Positions 27,765 to 37,477 of a stretch of DNA of 64,000 bases are shown here, in pieces. Each line of letters opens with the position of its first letter. Position 1 is the stretch's first letter. Under the pieces are notes generated by a model. It searched no databases, was not told the origin of the DNA, and was given only the letters and a program-made list of their open reading frames with translations. The translations under genes were made by a program, and so were the position numbers. This DNA is from a virus (Duplodnaviria; Caudoviricetes), in the IMG/VR virus record IMGVR_UViG_3300013901_000005, positions 64,001 through 128,000 of that record, one strand, 5' to 3'.

Positions 27765-27822
27765 CTCCTCTGGCGTATATTATTAATACAAATATTAATA
27801 TAATTAAAATTGCGGTTACCAT
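27757..27822 (-). CDS. Small hydrophobic membrane peptide (21 aa)
   Basis: MVTAILIILIFVLIIYARGDD; fills the gap and overlaps both neighbouring genes. Confidence 0.4.
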   Translation of the reverse strand: MVTAILIILIFVLIIYARGDD

Positions 27823-28472
27823 TGTATCCAGGTTAAACAATTTACGTTATTCTGTATCTGATATTCTATTTTTGATTTTAATTCCAAAAATGATATTGGC
27901 CTATAATAGTTAAAATCAACTCCTACGTCATATTGATTTGGGAAAAGTAATTTTAACCTTTCGAAATCCTTTCCAGTATTCTTATCTTTAAATACATTTA
28001 AATGAACGTGGCCAAATAATTGCCAAGGCTGATTATTCTTTTTATATGTACCATCAAGGCATAAATATGGATAATGATTTAAATATATTTTTTGATCATC
28101 AATTATAAGTGTCATTTGCTCACTAACTCCATCAAAAAGTTTCATTGTTTTCTCTCCAGGATATCGACTTCGATCGTGATTTCCTAAAATTAGATAATGA
28201 TAACCATTTAATTGATTCAAAAGTTCTTTCCAGCGCCCGTTTGAAGCAAATGCAAAATCTCCTAAATCAAACACGATATCATTAGGTTTGACAAATCTAT
28301 TCCAGTTTTGAATAATATTTGAATCCATATCCTCGGTTGTTTCCCAAGGTCTTTGACAAAACTTTAGAATGTTTTTATGTCCAAAATGCAGTTACAGGTC
28401 GGAGGTGAACCATATATTCACCTCCGACGACTTCAAAATTAAAGGTTTAACATTTTTAAATATATTTTCCAT
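27816..28472 (-). CDS. Calcineurin-like metallophosphoesterase with an in-frame TAA in motif I (candidate ribosomal stop-hop)
   Basis: ATG 28472 MENIFKN...IWFTSD-L-TAA-L-HFGHKNI, in frame with ORF 27816-28328 carrying LGD, GNHD, NHYP and GHVH motifs. Confidence 0.75.
28398..28428 (-). promoter_or_regulatory. Perfect 12-bp hairpin immediately 5' of the CTG-TAA-CTG site
   Basis: GTCGGAGGTGAA-N7-TTCACCTCCGAC. Confidence 0.7.
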
Positions 28473-29331
28473 AAATTTTTATAATTTTAGTTATATTAGA
28501 TGTGGATGTATTAAATTTTTTCGATATATCTTTATTTCTTATTCCAGCTTTATAAGCCTATAAGACTTTTTCTCTTAATCTAGATGCGATAACATATTTA
28601 CTAGTATAATTTAAATTAATAATATCCCATTTTCTAGTTAAAATAGGTATATTTAAACTAAGTATTTTAATTTTTAATTTTTTTAGATCTTCTGTATTTG
28701 AAATTACAAGATTAGCATATCCGCTAGAATTTAATCTAGTTAAATTTTTATCAGAAATCATATTATTAAATTCTTTTAAAATAGATATCCAACTAGAATG
28801 ATTTTTTATTGTTAAATAAAAATCTTTTCTATTGAATTGATTTTTAATGCTACCATCACCATCTATAAACCCTGCTAATAAAGCATAAGTTAAATCTATA
28901 TTAAATTTTAATATCGTATTTGGAGGATTATATGTTTTCTTATCCTTAATATCAAATTTTTCTTTTATTTTACTAACTGTATCTATATCTTTATAAGCTA
29001 TTGAAATAGATTTATCTGTAACACGAATCATTCCAGTATAATTTATAAATTTAGCAAATTTATATAAATGATTAGAATCTTTAATACTTAATGTCAATAC
29101 CAATCTATTATTACAAAAACATCCATCTGCTAGCAAAAACCCCATCCAATAAAATGCCTCTGGAGTATCTAACAATAAATTAGATAAGTTTGCACAATGT
29201 TTTTCTTTCTATTTTTCTTTGCCAGCACAACTTTTGCATATAGAATTGGCTTTAATAGCATGATTATATGTTATTTCATTTTTATATATTAATCTTTTTC
29301 CACAACTTAGACAAATTCTTTCAAATTTCAT
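28456..29331 (-). CDS. Free-standing LAGLIDADG homing endonuclease with N-terminal Zn ribbon and C-terminal HTH-like segment, 291 aa (2 in-frame TAG=Gln)
   Basis: YWMGFLLADG and LLAGFIDGDG motifs. Reading TAG 29209-11 and 28558-60 as Gln extends the ORF to ATG 29331 (CLSC..CKSC) and TAA 28456. Confidence 0.82.
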
Positions 29332-29415
29332 AACATTTATATTTTAGCATATAAAAAATAAAATTATTTATAAATAATCAATTTGTTATTTGTGACAAAA
29401 AATATTCTTCATTTG

Positions 29416-29658
29416 TCATTTTACCCATTCTTTTATTTTATCAACTGTCATTACTCCAGTAAATTTATCAACGACTTTATTATTTTCTATTTTTACAAGA
29501 GTTGGGATACTATGAATTTCATATTTATCAACAATATCTTCAGATGATGGATCTGTAGCATCTATTGATATATATTCTATTCCAGCTGATTTTAAATTCA
29601 TATCAAGGGCTTTGCATGGCCCACAGGTTGGTGAGAAAAATTTAATTATTGTTGCCAT
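29416..29658 (-). CDS. Thioredoxin/glutaredoxin
   Basis: CGPC motif, IPTL cis-Pro motif. Confidence 0.85.
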   Translation of the reverse strand: MATIIKFFSPTCGPCKALDMNLKSAGIEYISIDATDPSSEDIVDKYEIHSIPTLVKIENNKVVDKFTGVMTVDKIKEWVK

Positions 29659-29827
29659 TTTCTTTGTTAATTTCTACTACTTTTTTTAATGTTTCAATTG
29701 TTTCTGCAAATAAAGATATATATTCTTCTGGTATATTAAGAAGTTCTTTATCTATCTGCATATTTAAATAATCTACAAAATGATTTCTTAAATCATTTGT
29801 ATATTTTCCAGGATAGTATTTTGGCAT
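29642..29827 (-). CDS. Hypothetical protein
   Basis: 61-aa ORF, overlaps both neighbours. Confidence 0.6.
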   Translation of the reverse strand: MPKYYPGKYTNDLRNHFVDYLNMQIDKELLNIPEEYISLFAETIETLKKVVEINKENGNNN

Positions 29828-30411
29828 TATACAAAATCTTTTAATATTACAATATGTTCTGCTTTTTTATCTTTTAATTCATCGAAATAATTGGAATAAT
29901 TCTTTTCCTTTAATTTATTAAAAAGATATGGTCCTAATATCCATTCATACCAATGTTTTGCGTCTACTGAATAATGTTTTTCCTGTAATACAAAACTAGA
30001 TGGTATATATTCTTTCCAATCCCAGAAAGTTATTGCATTATCTAATTTTAAATCAAAGTTTTTACTAATAAATTTTATTATTTCCTTAAATAATTCAGAT
30101 AGTCTATCCGCATTTTCTGGCTTTTCTCTATAATCCAATAAAATCCGAATACTAACATCCTGATAATCTATTTCTTCTAGAGCTTTGAATAATCTTTCTT
30201 TATAAATCACATTATTATGGCAAATCCATGGAATATAACCTATATTCGTATCATCTATTTTAATCCTAAAATCAAAATATCTGACACCTTCATTATACTG
30301 TTCTTTTAATGTTTTATTTTGACATTTAGTCCATGGACGAAGAATCGTCATCCACCATTTCTTTTCTTTTAGATAAGTTGCGGAATTATGACTTCCTATC
30401 ATTTTTAACAT
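29827..30411 (-). CDS. PI-PLC X-box-like phosphodiesterase
   Basis: GSHNSATY...CQNKTLKEQYNEGVRYFDFRI...ICH pattern of the PLC-like TIM-barrel X domain. Confidence 0.7.
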   Translation of the reverse strand: MLKMIGSHNSATYLKEKKWWMTILRPWTKCQNKTLKEQYNEGVRYFDFRIKIDDTNIGYIPWICHNNVIYKERLFKALEEIDYQDVSIRILLDYREKPENADRLSELFKEIIKFISKNFDLKLDNAITFWDWKEYIPSSFVLQEKHYSVDAKHWYEWILGPYLFNKLKEKNYSNYFDELKDKKAEHIVILKDFV

Positions 30412-30428
30412 ATATTAATTAATAATTG

Positions 30429-30593
30429 TTAATCTATTAAAATCTTTCCTCGCAATCTTTCAGACCATTTATTATTTAGTATTTCGACCCTACTTACTGT
30501 TGCATAAGCAGGGCCGTCAAATACTATAACATCACGATTTAATTCACTTTCAGAAAGTTTTTGTAATTCCTTTATAAGTTCTTTTCCTGTCAT
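30429..30593 (-). CDS. Hypothetical protein (54 aa)
   Basis: MTGKELIKELQKL...; start overlaps the upstream stop. Confidence 0.55.
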   Translation of the reverse strand: MTGKELIKELQKLSESELNRDVIVFDGPAYATVSRVEILNNKWSERLRGKILID

Positions 30594-30826
30594 ATTTCTA
30601 TTATTTTAGAAACGCAAGTTTCAAATAATTTTTTACCATTATCTAGTTGTAAAACATAATAAAGATCTTCCTCTGTCTCGCACATTCCAATAAGTGTTCC
30701 CTTGATATTTCCATATGTTTTATATCGTTTTCCTATATTTTTCCCAAACTCTATAAACCAATCTGGTAACTCCTTGTGGTTTTTTAAATCTTTGTACGAC
30801 GAGTAAATAATTTCATATTGTTTCAT
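30590..30826 (-). CDS. Hypothetical protein
   Basis: 78-aa ORF in operon context. Confidence 0.65.
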   Translation of the reverse strand: MKQYEIIYSSYKDLKNHKELPDWFIEFGKNIGKRYKTYGNIKGTLIGMCETEEDLYYVLQLDNGKKLFETCVSKIIEI

Positions 30827-30829
30827 ACT

Positions 30830-30988
30830 TTAATTGGTAAATTCTGTTGTAACATAATCATTTGAATTTAATACAATTTGTTCATTTTTATATAATTCCT
30901 TTGCTATACGAATTGCTTCATGTTCATCGTCAGCTTTTATTGGAACTGTTCTTGAAAGTGTTTCGGTTATTTTAATATAATATTTCAT
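30830..30988 (-). CDS. DpnD/PcfM-like small protein (52 aa)
   Basis: MKYYIKITETLSRTVPIKADDEHEAIRIAKELYKNEQIVLNSNDYVTTEF matches the family pattern. Confidence 0.6.
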   Translation of the reverse strand: MKYYIKITETLSRTVPIKADDEHEAIRIAKELYKNEQIVLNSNDYVTTEFTN

Positions 30989-30990
30989 AA

Positions 30991-31512
30991 TCAACTAAAT
31001 TCTGTAAATGCTGAAAATCTCAAACCATCCGAAAAGAAATAATTTCCTATTTGACTAATTCCTAATTCTGGTAACAAATTGTTATATTGAATATATTCAT
31101 TACTATTGGTTCCATCTTCCCCATCTGGACACCAATTTATAGCCATATTCATAAATTCTTCTGGTGTAAATTCATGTTCAGATTTATTGTTATCGTATTT
31201 CCAATATTCATCTATTATTTTTATATTTGGTTTTGATAAAAACTCCAATATTGATTTTTTGTTAAAATCATAATAAGTTTTTATTTTGCCGTTATATTTA
31301 TAAATATTTGGATCCCATAAGAATTTCCATCCTGAAGAACGTTTTCCTAAATGTAGTATTCCATAATTACTGGGATTGTAATTATCAATATCACGATATG
31401 ATATATTATACAATTCCTGTATATTGTCAATATCGTCATTTTGAATTGCATTTATTAATTTTTGCTTTCTTTCTTTTGTTGGTAAAATTACCGCATAATA
31501 ATTTGTTCCCAT
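30991..31512 (-). CDS. Conserved phage hypothetical protein
   Basis: MGTNYY...LHLGKRSSGWKFLW pattern. Confidence 0.7.
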   Translation of the reverse strand: MGTNYYAVILPTKERKQKLINAIQNDDIDNIQELYNISYRDIDNYNPSNYGILHLGKRSSGWKFLWDPNIYKYNGKIKTYYDFNKKSILEFLSKPNIKIIDEYWKYDNNKSEHEFTPEEFMNMAINWCPDGEDGTNSNEYIQYNNLLPELGISQIGNYFFSDGLRFSAFTEFS

Positions 31513-31513
31513 A

Positions 31514-32410
31514 TTATTTCTTTAAAAGTTTTCTGACATTTTTTGCCAATTCTCTAGCCATAGGATGAGCGTGCGGATTATCTCTTCTATATAAAAAATT
31601 ATTCCAGCAATCATCAAATCCGCATAATACCAATTCTGATTTTACAGATAATGGCAAAAGTTGTCTAGCTTGTTCTGCTTTCCATCCAGATTTTAATAAT
31701 ATCATATATTCTGATTCCGCAGATCTTAATCCTAAAAGAAAATTATTTATTGCTAAATTTTCATCATACGATCTTGGTATGTCATTCTCATCACACCATT
31801 GCCCTCCAAAATGTCTATATTCACCTTCTGGAATGTTAATCCAATTTGGTATAACAAATGTTACCTCGTTTCCAAATTTATCCTTATTATATGAACAAAA
31901 CCTAGTAGATTCTGCTATACTTGACATTCCAACATGCGTTCTAAAGGAATCCATTGTCACCCTATCGGTTATAAAATGGATTGTATGCCTCTCTGGAAAT
32001 TTATCATTATTGGAATAAGTAATGAATTTATCTAGATCGTATTTCGTCTTTTTAAATATATCATAGATTCTAAGATAATACCTATAATTTGTTGATACAT
32101 AGACAAGGCTATTAAGTCCATCAATATTCCATTGAAACCATTGTGTTGAATAATCCTTTGTATGGGCAAGATATCGTATTATACTATAAAAAGTATCCAA
32201 TGGAAAAAGCAAATGTACTGTAGCAAATTCAAGTGTTCTTGAATGATCAGAGTCAATCATTCTCTGTACAAACTTTTCGTATGAGTTTTCTGTTATCGTA
32301 TGAGTGCTTTGATAACAAGTTTTTGCTTGTTTTTCAATAAACTTCTTTATTCCGAGTATGCTGAAATCTGTTTGATCGTCAAGATAACAATATTGTTTAA
32401 TTAATTTCAT
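31514..32410 (-). CDS. thyX: FAD-dependent thymidylate synthase
   Basis: HSRTLEF, FRTH...ESTRFC, EQARQLLP, AHPMARELA motifs. Confidence 0.88.
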   Translation of the reverse strand: MKLIKQYCYLDDQTDFSILGIKKFIEKQAKTCYQSTHTITENSYEKFVQRMIDSDHSRTLEFATVHLLFPLDTFYSIIRYLAHTKDYSTQWFQWNIDGLNSLVYVSTNYRYYLRIYDIFKKTKYDLDKFITYSNNDKFPERHTIHFITDRVTMDSFRTHVGMSSIAESTRFCSYNKDKFGNEVTFVIPNWINIPEGEYRHFGGQWCDENDIPRSYDENLAINNFLLGLRSAESEYMILLKSGWKAEQARQLLPLSVKSELVLCGFDDCWNNFLYRRDNPHAHPMARELAKNVRKLLKK

Positions 32411-32774
32411 TTATAATTCCTTTACGTTTTAATAAAATTTCAACTTCTTTCCAGTCTACGTATGGCCATTTTTCATTTGGATCTTTTATAAGAGGTATTC
32501 CTAAAGCAGTGTCATCAATATATAAATGTGCATATACTTTTCTAGACATTGATATTTCTGGATTATCATTAATTGCAAAAAGTGGTATATTATTATCTTT
32601 AAACCATTTAATTGCAACATCTATAAAATGACCAGTATCTCTCATTGTATATAATATTAATTTATGACCATTATCAACCAATTTCTTTAACACTGGTGCG
32701 GCTCCTATATCCTTTCCTAAATATGGATAATTTGAAGAAACACAAGTTCCATCAAAATCAATCGCTATCATCAT
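32397..32774 (-). CDS. HAD-superfamily phosphatase (BT0820-like)
   Basis: IAIDFDGT, LYTMR, KVYAHLYIDD. Start placed at MMIAIDF. Confidence 0.75.
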   Translation of the reverse strand: MMIAIDFDGTCVSSNYPYLGKDIGAAPVLKKLVDNGHKLILYTMRDTGHFIDVAIKWFKDNNIPLFAINDNPEISMSRKVYAHLYIDDTALGIPLIKDPNEKWPYVDWKEVEILLKRKGIINEIN

Positions 32775-32976
32775 TTTTAAATACTTTAATATTCTCTCCA
32801 AACATTACAGAACAATTATCCAGATCGTGTCCGAGTTCCTTTAAAAGATTCTCAACATTATATCCTTCTAATTCTTCTGTTATATCATAGATATATACAT
32901 TATTTGTATTATAATCAAGTATTGCAATTTGCTCCATAGTTAATAATTTGTTATTTCTAAATCTTCGATATCCCAT
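32758..32976 (-). CDS. Hypothetical protein
   Basis: ORF in operon; the real start is probably the internal MEQIAIL. Confidence 0.55.
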   Translation of the reverse strand: MGYRRFRNNKLLTMEQIAILDYNTNNVYIYDITEELEGYNVENLLKELGHDLDNCSVMFGENIKVFKNDDSD

Positions 32977-33164
32977 CCTCTAAGCTCATCTTTCATTTCT
33001 GAATAAATCTGATTTTTAATTTCTTTTTCCGTCATATCTTTTGTGACAAAAGTATTATATGGTATACTTATTTTTGCTGTTACAAAATAAGTACTTAACT
33101 TTTGTTCTGTTTGGTTCCACGGTGCAATAGATTCTTCATAGCTAGTGAGCGTTGGAGTATTCAT
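32940..33164 (-). CDS. Hypothetical protein
   Basis: 74-aa ORF, ATGA overlap. Confidence 0.6.
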   Translation of the reverse strand: MNTPTLTSYEESIAPWNQTEQKLSTYFVTAKISIPYNTFVTKDMTEKEIKNQIYSEMKDELRGWDIEDLEITNY

Positions 33165-33388
33165 TTCAATATTTTAAATTTTACTTTGTCGACAGTCCAA
33201 TCTTCAATATCTAATTTTGGTATCTGAATATTTAATTTTCTTAATAATCCTCTGATTTTTATTAAACCGGCAGTAGGAAGAACCAAGTCTTCCTCTGCCT
33301 TTTTCTTTATTTCCGGATTTTTTATATTGTCTGGAACATCTAAATAGATGGTCTTTGACATATTCAAAGTTATTTTAACGCCTTTCAA
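33161..33388 (-). CDS. Hypothetical protein
   Basis: 75-aa ORF, ATGA overlap. Confidence 0.6.
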   Translation of the reverse strand: MKGVKITLNMSKTIYLDVPDNIKNPEIKKKAEEDLVLPTAGLIKIRGLLRKLNIQIPKLDIEDWTVDKVKFKILK

Positions 33389-33783
33389 CTAATATTACAA
33401 AATACGTGTTCAACATCATTTCCAAATTGGATATCTGAAATAATATCCTCAATGGTTAATATCTTATAATATGTAATTTCCAAATCTTTTACATATTCTT
33501 TTAACTGAATTATCTCATTAATACATTCTGGATTTCCATTAGCATGTTTTTCGTATTCTTGTATGCGTTTTTCCGCTGAATCAATATCTTTTCGCAAATC
33601 ATTTAAAACTAGCGTAATATCTCCTTCTGTTAATTCTGTATAAACAATTTTATTATAACAAAAAGCAATATTCATATTTTCATCAAACGCTCTATATATA
33701 TCATTATTTCTTGAATAAGACATTATCGGATGTTTTTTATCATCACCCTTATGTTGTACATAAAAAGTTAAATAACTACTCAT
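33385..33783 (-). CDS. Hypothetical protein
   Basis: 132-aa ORF downstream of polA. Confidence 0.7.
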   Translation of the reverse strand: MSSYLTFYVQHKGDDKKHPIMSYSRNNDIYRAFDENMNIAFCYNKIVYTELTEGDITLVLNDLRKDIDSAEKRIQEYEKHANGNPECINEIIQLKEYVKDLEITYYKILTIEDIISDIQFGNDVEHVFCNIS

Positions 33784-33787
33784 AATT

Positions 33788-36372
33788 TTAATGTATCCAA
33801 TGTTTTCCGATATTTATATCGGTACTTAATTTTACGTTTTTGCATATTAACGACGCTCCTTTTTCCATACATTTTTGCAGTATTTTTGCCATTTTATCCG
33901 CAATTTCTTCTGGACATTCGATATTACATTCATCATATGGTGGTATTAACAGTTTTACTGTGTTTATTAAATTATTATTTCTGATATAATTCCATAGAAA
34001 GATCATAGATAATTTAAAAATAACTGCTCCTCTTCCCTGAATACGATAATTGATAGCTCTCTTGTCGTATTCTGCTTTCTTTTTATAAAAGAATTTTACA
34101 TCTTTTATATATTGGGAATCTGGATAATTTCTTTTTTCATATTTATATCTTTCCCAAAAACCGTCTTGATGCATTAATTGATAGATTCTTCTTAATTCAT
34201 CAATATCATCAAAATATGCTTTATGACCAGTTTGTGGACATATTAATACAAACCCATCTTTTAATACTGATTTTTGACAATAATTTTGATATTTTTTAAC
34301 TCCAGGAAAACCTTTCATATAATTATTATATATTTCTTCTGCCTCTTCCAAAGAAATTGTTGGATCATTTTTATGGATTGTATTTGCATTACCAAAATAG
34401 GAAATTGCAAACTCGACTTTCTTTGCATCCTGCCTTTGCTTCGGAAACTTTTCTTTTATTTCCTCAATCGGACAATTACCAATTATTCTCTTATATGCCT
34501 TACTAGCTACCAACGAGTGCATATCCCCGCATCCTGTATTATATAAATCAAGCATTGCCGGATCTTGACTTATATCTGCTAGGATTCTGCTTTCCTGCAT
34601 AGTACCCACTATGGACTTTCTCTTTATCATGCCATTTTATGGTTTAGATATTTCGTATAAAGTCTCTACACCTTCCTATTTAAGGCTTGGCTCGGGATTG
34701 GAGTTGCACTTCTCGTTCCCCGAATTTACGAAATTACTTCTATTAAATTTCTTTAATAAAGGGCCAAATTTTTCATATTTTCTTTTTAGAAAATAACGTG
34801 CATTTGAATATAAATTATTGTATATTTTTAAATTTATTCTGATTATTCAAAATAAATAATCAAAATAAATTTAAAAATATACAATAATTTATATGGGTAT
34901 TTTTAACCTATGAAGTCTTCGCTAATCCAGACATTTCCTTCGTCTGGTATAAAACAAGCTCTAGTTTCAAAATCTTTTGGTAAAGTCAATATACTTATAG
35001 TATCCGGATCATCTGGATCACCACTACTTATTCTTCCGGTATTAGTGCCTAGCTGATGATATTCCGGATGGATTCTTCCATCAATATTAACTATATCCAA
35101 CCATTTCTGACCATAGGACTGGCAAATTTTAGCTGCTTTCTTATATTTAATATATGGTATTGAAATATCGCATATATCTTTTTGTTCCTGTATAATATCC
35201 GCGCTTACAGACTTCCTTTTCTGTTTTGTTTTCTTGTCAATAATATCTAGATTAAATCCTAAAAACTCAAAAAGGACAACCAGTTGTTGTGGACTATTCC
35301 AGTTTATTGAACAATATTGTCCTGTATCGAATCCGTCAAAAAGATCCCCTTCGCAGTTTGTATATACAAAAGGTTTGAATTCTTTTCCTTCATAATAACC
35401 GAAAGGAACTAGGAATTTTCCAACATCATAAATAACCCTTTTCCCATCTTCTTCTGCTATTTCCTGTTTTCCAGTAATCATTTTCGATTTTGGTGGTAGA
35501 TTATTTGTAATCTCCTCGTATTTCCCGTTTATATTCCTTCCAACTCTTCTGTCGACTTTAAGATATCCATTCTCGCCATTAAATGAATTATAATAATTTA
35601 TAACCCAATTATTTAGGTCATCATTATATTTACTCATTTCAGCGATATCATGGCTCATTTTCTCTCTCCATCGTTTTGTATCAAGTTTAACCCCGCAATA
35701 CTTAAAATAGGCCAGGCAAGGCGCAAACTTATTCTCAATAGTAAGCGCCTTGTCTAGACCTTGTTGTTTAATTAATTTTAGTTGTTCATTCCGTATTCTG
35801 ATTTCATATTCTACGTCTTTTGCAGCATATACTACTACTTCAGGTGTCAATCCCACATTTATTATTTTTCCTCTTACCGATTTATCCAAAACCTCATTAC
35901 AATATCTTCGTACCGCGGTTTTCAGCGAAAAAGGAGTATATTCCCTTCCAAATTTATCAGCAGTGTTTTTTAAAAGATTCTTATAGTTAAGTCCATTATA
36001 TAACAACTGTTCCGCAAGCATACCGTCATATATGTTTTTTGGGAATATATTGTTCTTATATAAAAAAGGTAAGTCAAATATAGAATTCCACCATATTGTT
36101 GTTGTATCGTCGTCTTCCAATATATCTTTTAAAATAGATATATTTACTGTAGTGCAATCCCAGACGATCTGAAAATCTTCATTTCCAAGCTGTATGGTAA
36201 GTATTTTCTTCTGCACGAAATCCAGTCCTTCAGTTTCCGTATCTGCTCCAAGTAAACGTTTATTGTCAGTTTTCGGAATATTATTTAACATATTTAGGGC
36301 AGCATCAGGAGATATTATTATATAATCATCATTATTAAATAATTCTGTCTGAGTACTTACTAAATATATCAT
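33788..36372 (-). CDS. polA: Family A DNA polymerase, spliced (exons 36372-34906 and 34597-33788; 758 aa)
   Basis: Exonuclease motif DTETEG. Splicing restores motif A ISEDFIG|QESRILA. Motif B RQDAKKVEFAISY, motif C PYDE. Confidence 0.9.
34598..34905 (-). mobile_element. Group I intron in polA (308 nt; no intact ORF, LAGLIDADG remnant in L1)
   Basis: 5' exon ends in U, intron ends in G. P1 GGUUAAA/UUUGGCC. Core elements AATCCCGAGC, GGTGTAGAGACT, AAGAGAAAGTCC. Confidence 0.85.
34808..34894. repeat. Long AT-rich inverted repeat (~40-bp arms) in the polA intron L1 loop
   Basis: ATATAAATTATTGTATATTTTTAAATTTATTcTGATTATT...AATAATCAaAATAAATTTAAAAATATACAATAATTTATAT. Confidence 0.85.
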
Positions 36373-36593
36373 AGTGTAAGTATAGGTTCGTTATTATCTT
36401 TGGTATATATCTCTATTGAATGACCATCCTCATCCTCTATTTCATCTGCCGTATTCTCTATTAAATGTGCATCTTTTGTTGTATTCATCTGTAATACCTT
36501 TATACAGGCATCCTTTAAATTATCTGCATTTATTGCCACTTCCTTACGAAGCCAGCATTTAACATATTTATCGACAGTGAATTTATATATCAT
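36369..36593 (-). CDS. Hypothetical protein
   Basis: 74-aa ORF, ATGA overlaps. Confidence 0.6.
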   Translation of the reverse strand: MIYKFTVDKYVKCWLRKEVAINADNLKDACIKVLQMNTTKDAHLIENTADEIEDEDGHSIEIYTKDNNEPILTL

Positions 36594-37477
36594 AATAATC
36601 CCTTTAAATTCTTTGAATATCTACGTCGTATTTTTGATATTGCTTTCTTTAATAATTGCCGTACTCTTTCCGGCCCTATACCCAGTCTTCTTGCAATCTC
36701 ACTTGGCGTCATTGATGATCTACCAATACCAAAATACATACGTATAATATCTTGATCCCTACTACTTAACTTATTTAGAACATTGTTTATCTTCTCAGAT
36801 ATATCTTTTTGTTCTAATTTCTCTACTACAGGCTCTGCATTATCATTCTCTATTAAATCTATTGGTGCCAGGTCATTAAACTCTCTTAACGGCTTATCAT
36901 AGGATATTGTGTTTATACTTGATGCCATTATTGAATAAATTCTATCGTGCTCAATCCCCGTATTCTCCTCCAGCTCTAATATTGACGGACTTCTATTATT
37001 ATCCTGCTCGAATCTCTCAGTCTCATTTTTTATTTTTGTATATTTCGTAAGCTGATTATGTGGCAGTCTTATTGTCCTACTCTGATATTGCAAAGCCTTT
37101 ATAATATATACCCTTATCCAGTACACTGCATATGTAACGAATTTACAACCTTTTTTCGGATCAAATTTATTTATAGAATGAATTAATCCCAAAGATCCCT
37201 CCTGGATAAGATCACACAAATCCAGTCCTTTTCCCTGATATTGTTTGGCTACGGTAATAACAAAACGCATATTTGACCCTATTAACCTGTCAAATGCCTT
37301 TTTGTCATTTTTCTCCTTCACCAACCTTATTAATTCATTTTCTTCATTTTCTGATACAATTTCCTGTTTTCTTATATCCTTAAAAAAGATATTCATTATA
37401 TCGTCACAGTTGCTAAGCATCCTGTTTAAGACTTTAAACTCCTTTAGTCTTTTCCTTTTTGACATAGGATATTCCAT
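36590..37477 (-). CDS. RpoD/SigA-family sigma-70 factor
   Basis: NMRFVITVAKQYQ..DLIQEGSLGL..KFDPKKGCKFVTYAVYWIR, region 3, and region 4 ERVRQL. Size matches the Bacteroidota primary sigma. Confidence 0.88.
   Translation of the reverse strand: MEYPMSKRKRLKEFKVLNRMLSNCDDIMNIFFKDIRKQEIVSENEENELIRLVKEKNDKKAFDRLIGSNMRFVITVAKQYQGKGLDLCDLIQEGSLGLIHSINKFDPKKGCKFVTYAVYWIRVYIIKALQYQSRTIRLPHNQLTKYTKIKNETERFEQDNNRSPSILELEENTGIEHDRIYSIMASSINTISYDKPLREFNDLAPIDLIENDNAEPVVEKLEQKDISEKINNVLNKLSSRDQDIIRMYFGIGRSSMTPSEIARRLGIGPERVRQLLKKAISKIRRRYSKNLKGLL

Noticed and set aside
28375-28425. GGAGGTG followed by ATG inside the phosphoesterase hairpin as a Shine-Dalgarno restart
   Set aside because: That ATG is out of frame and gives a 12-codon peptide. 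Bacteroidota rarely use SD sequences, and a restart could not restore the DxH motif.
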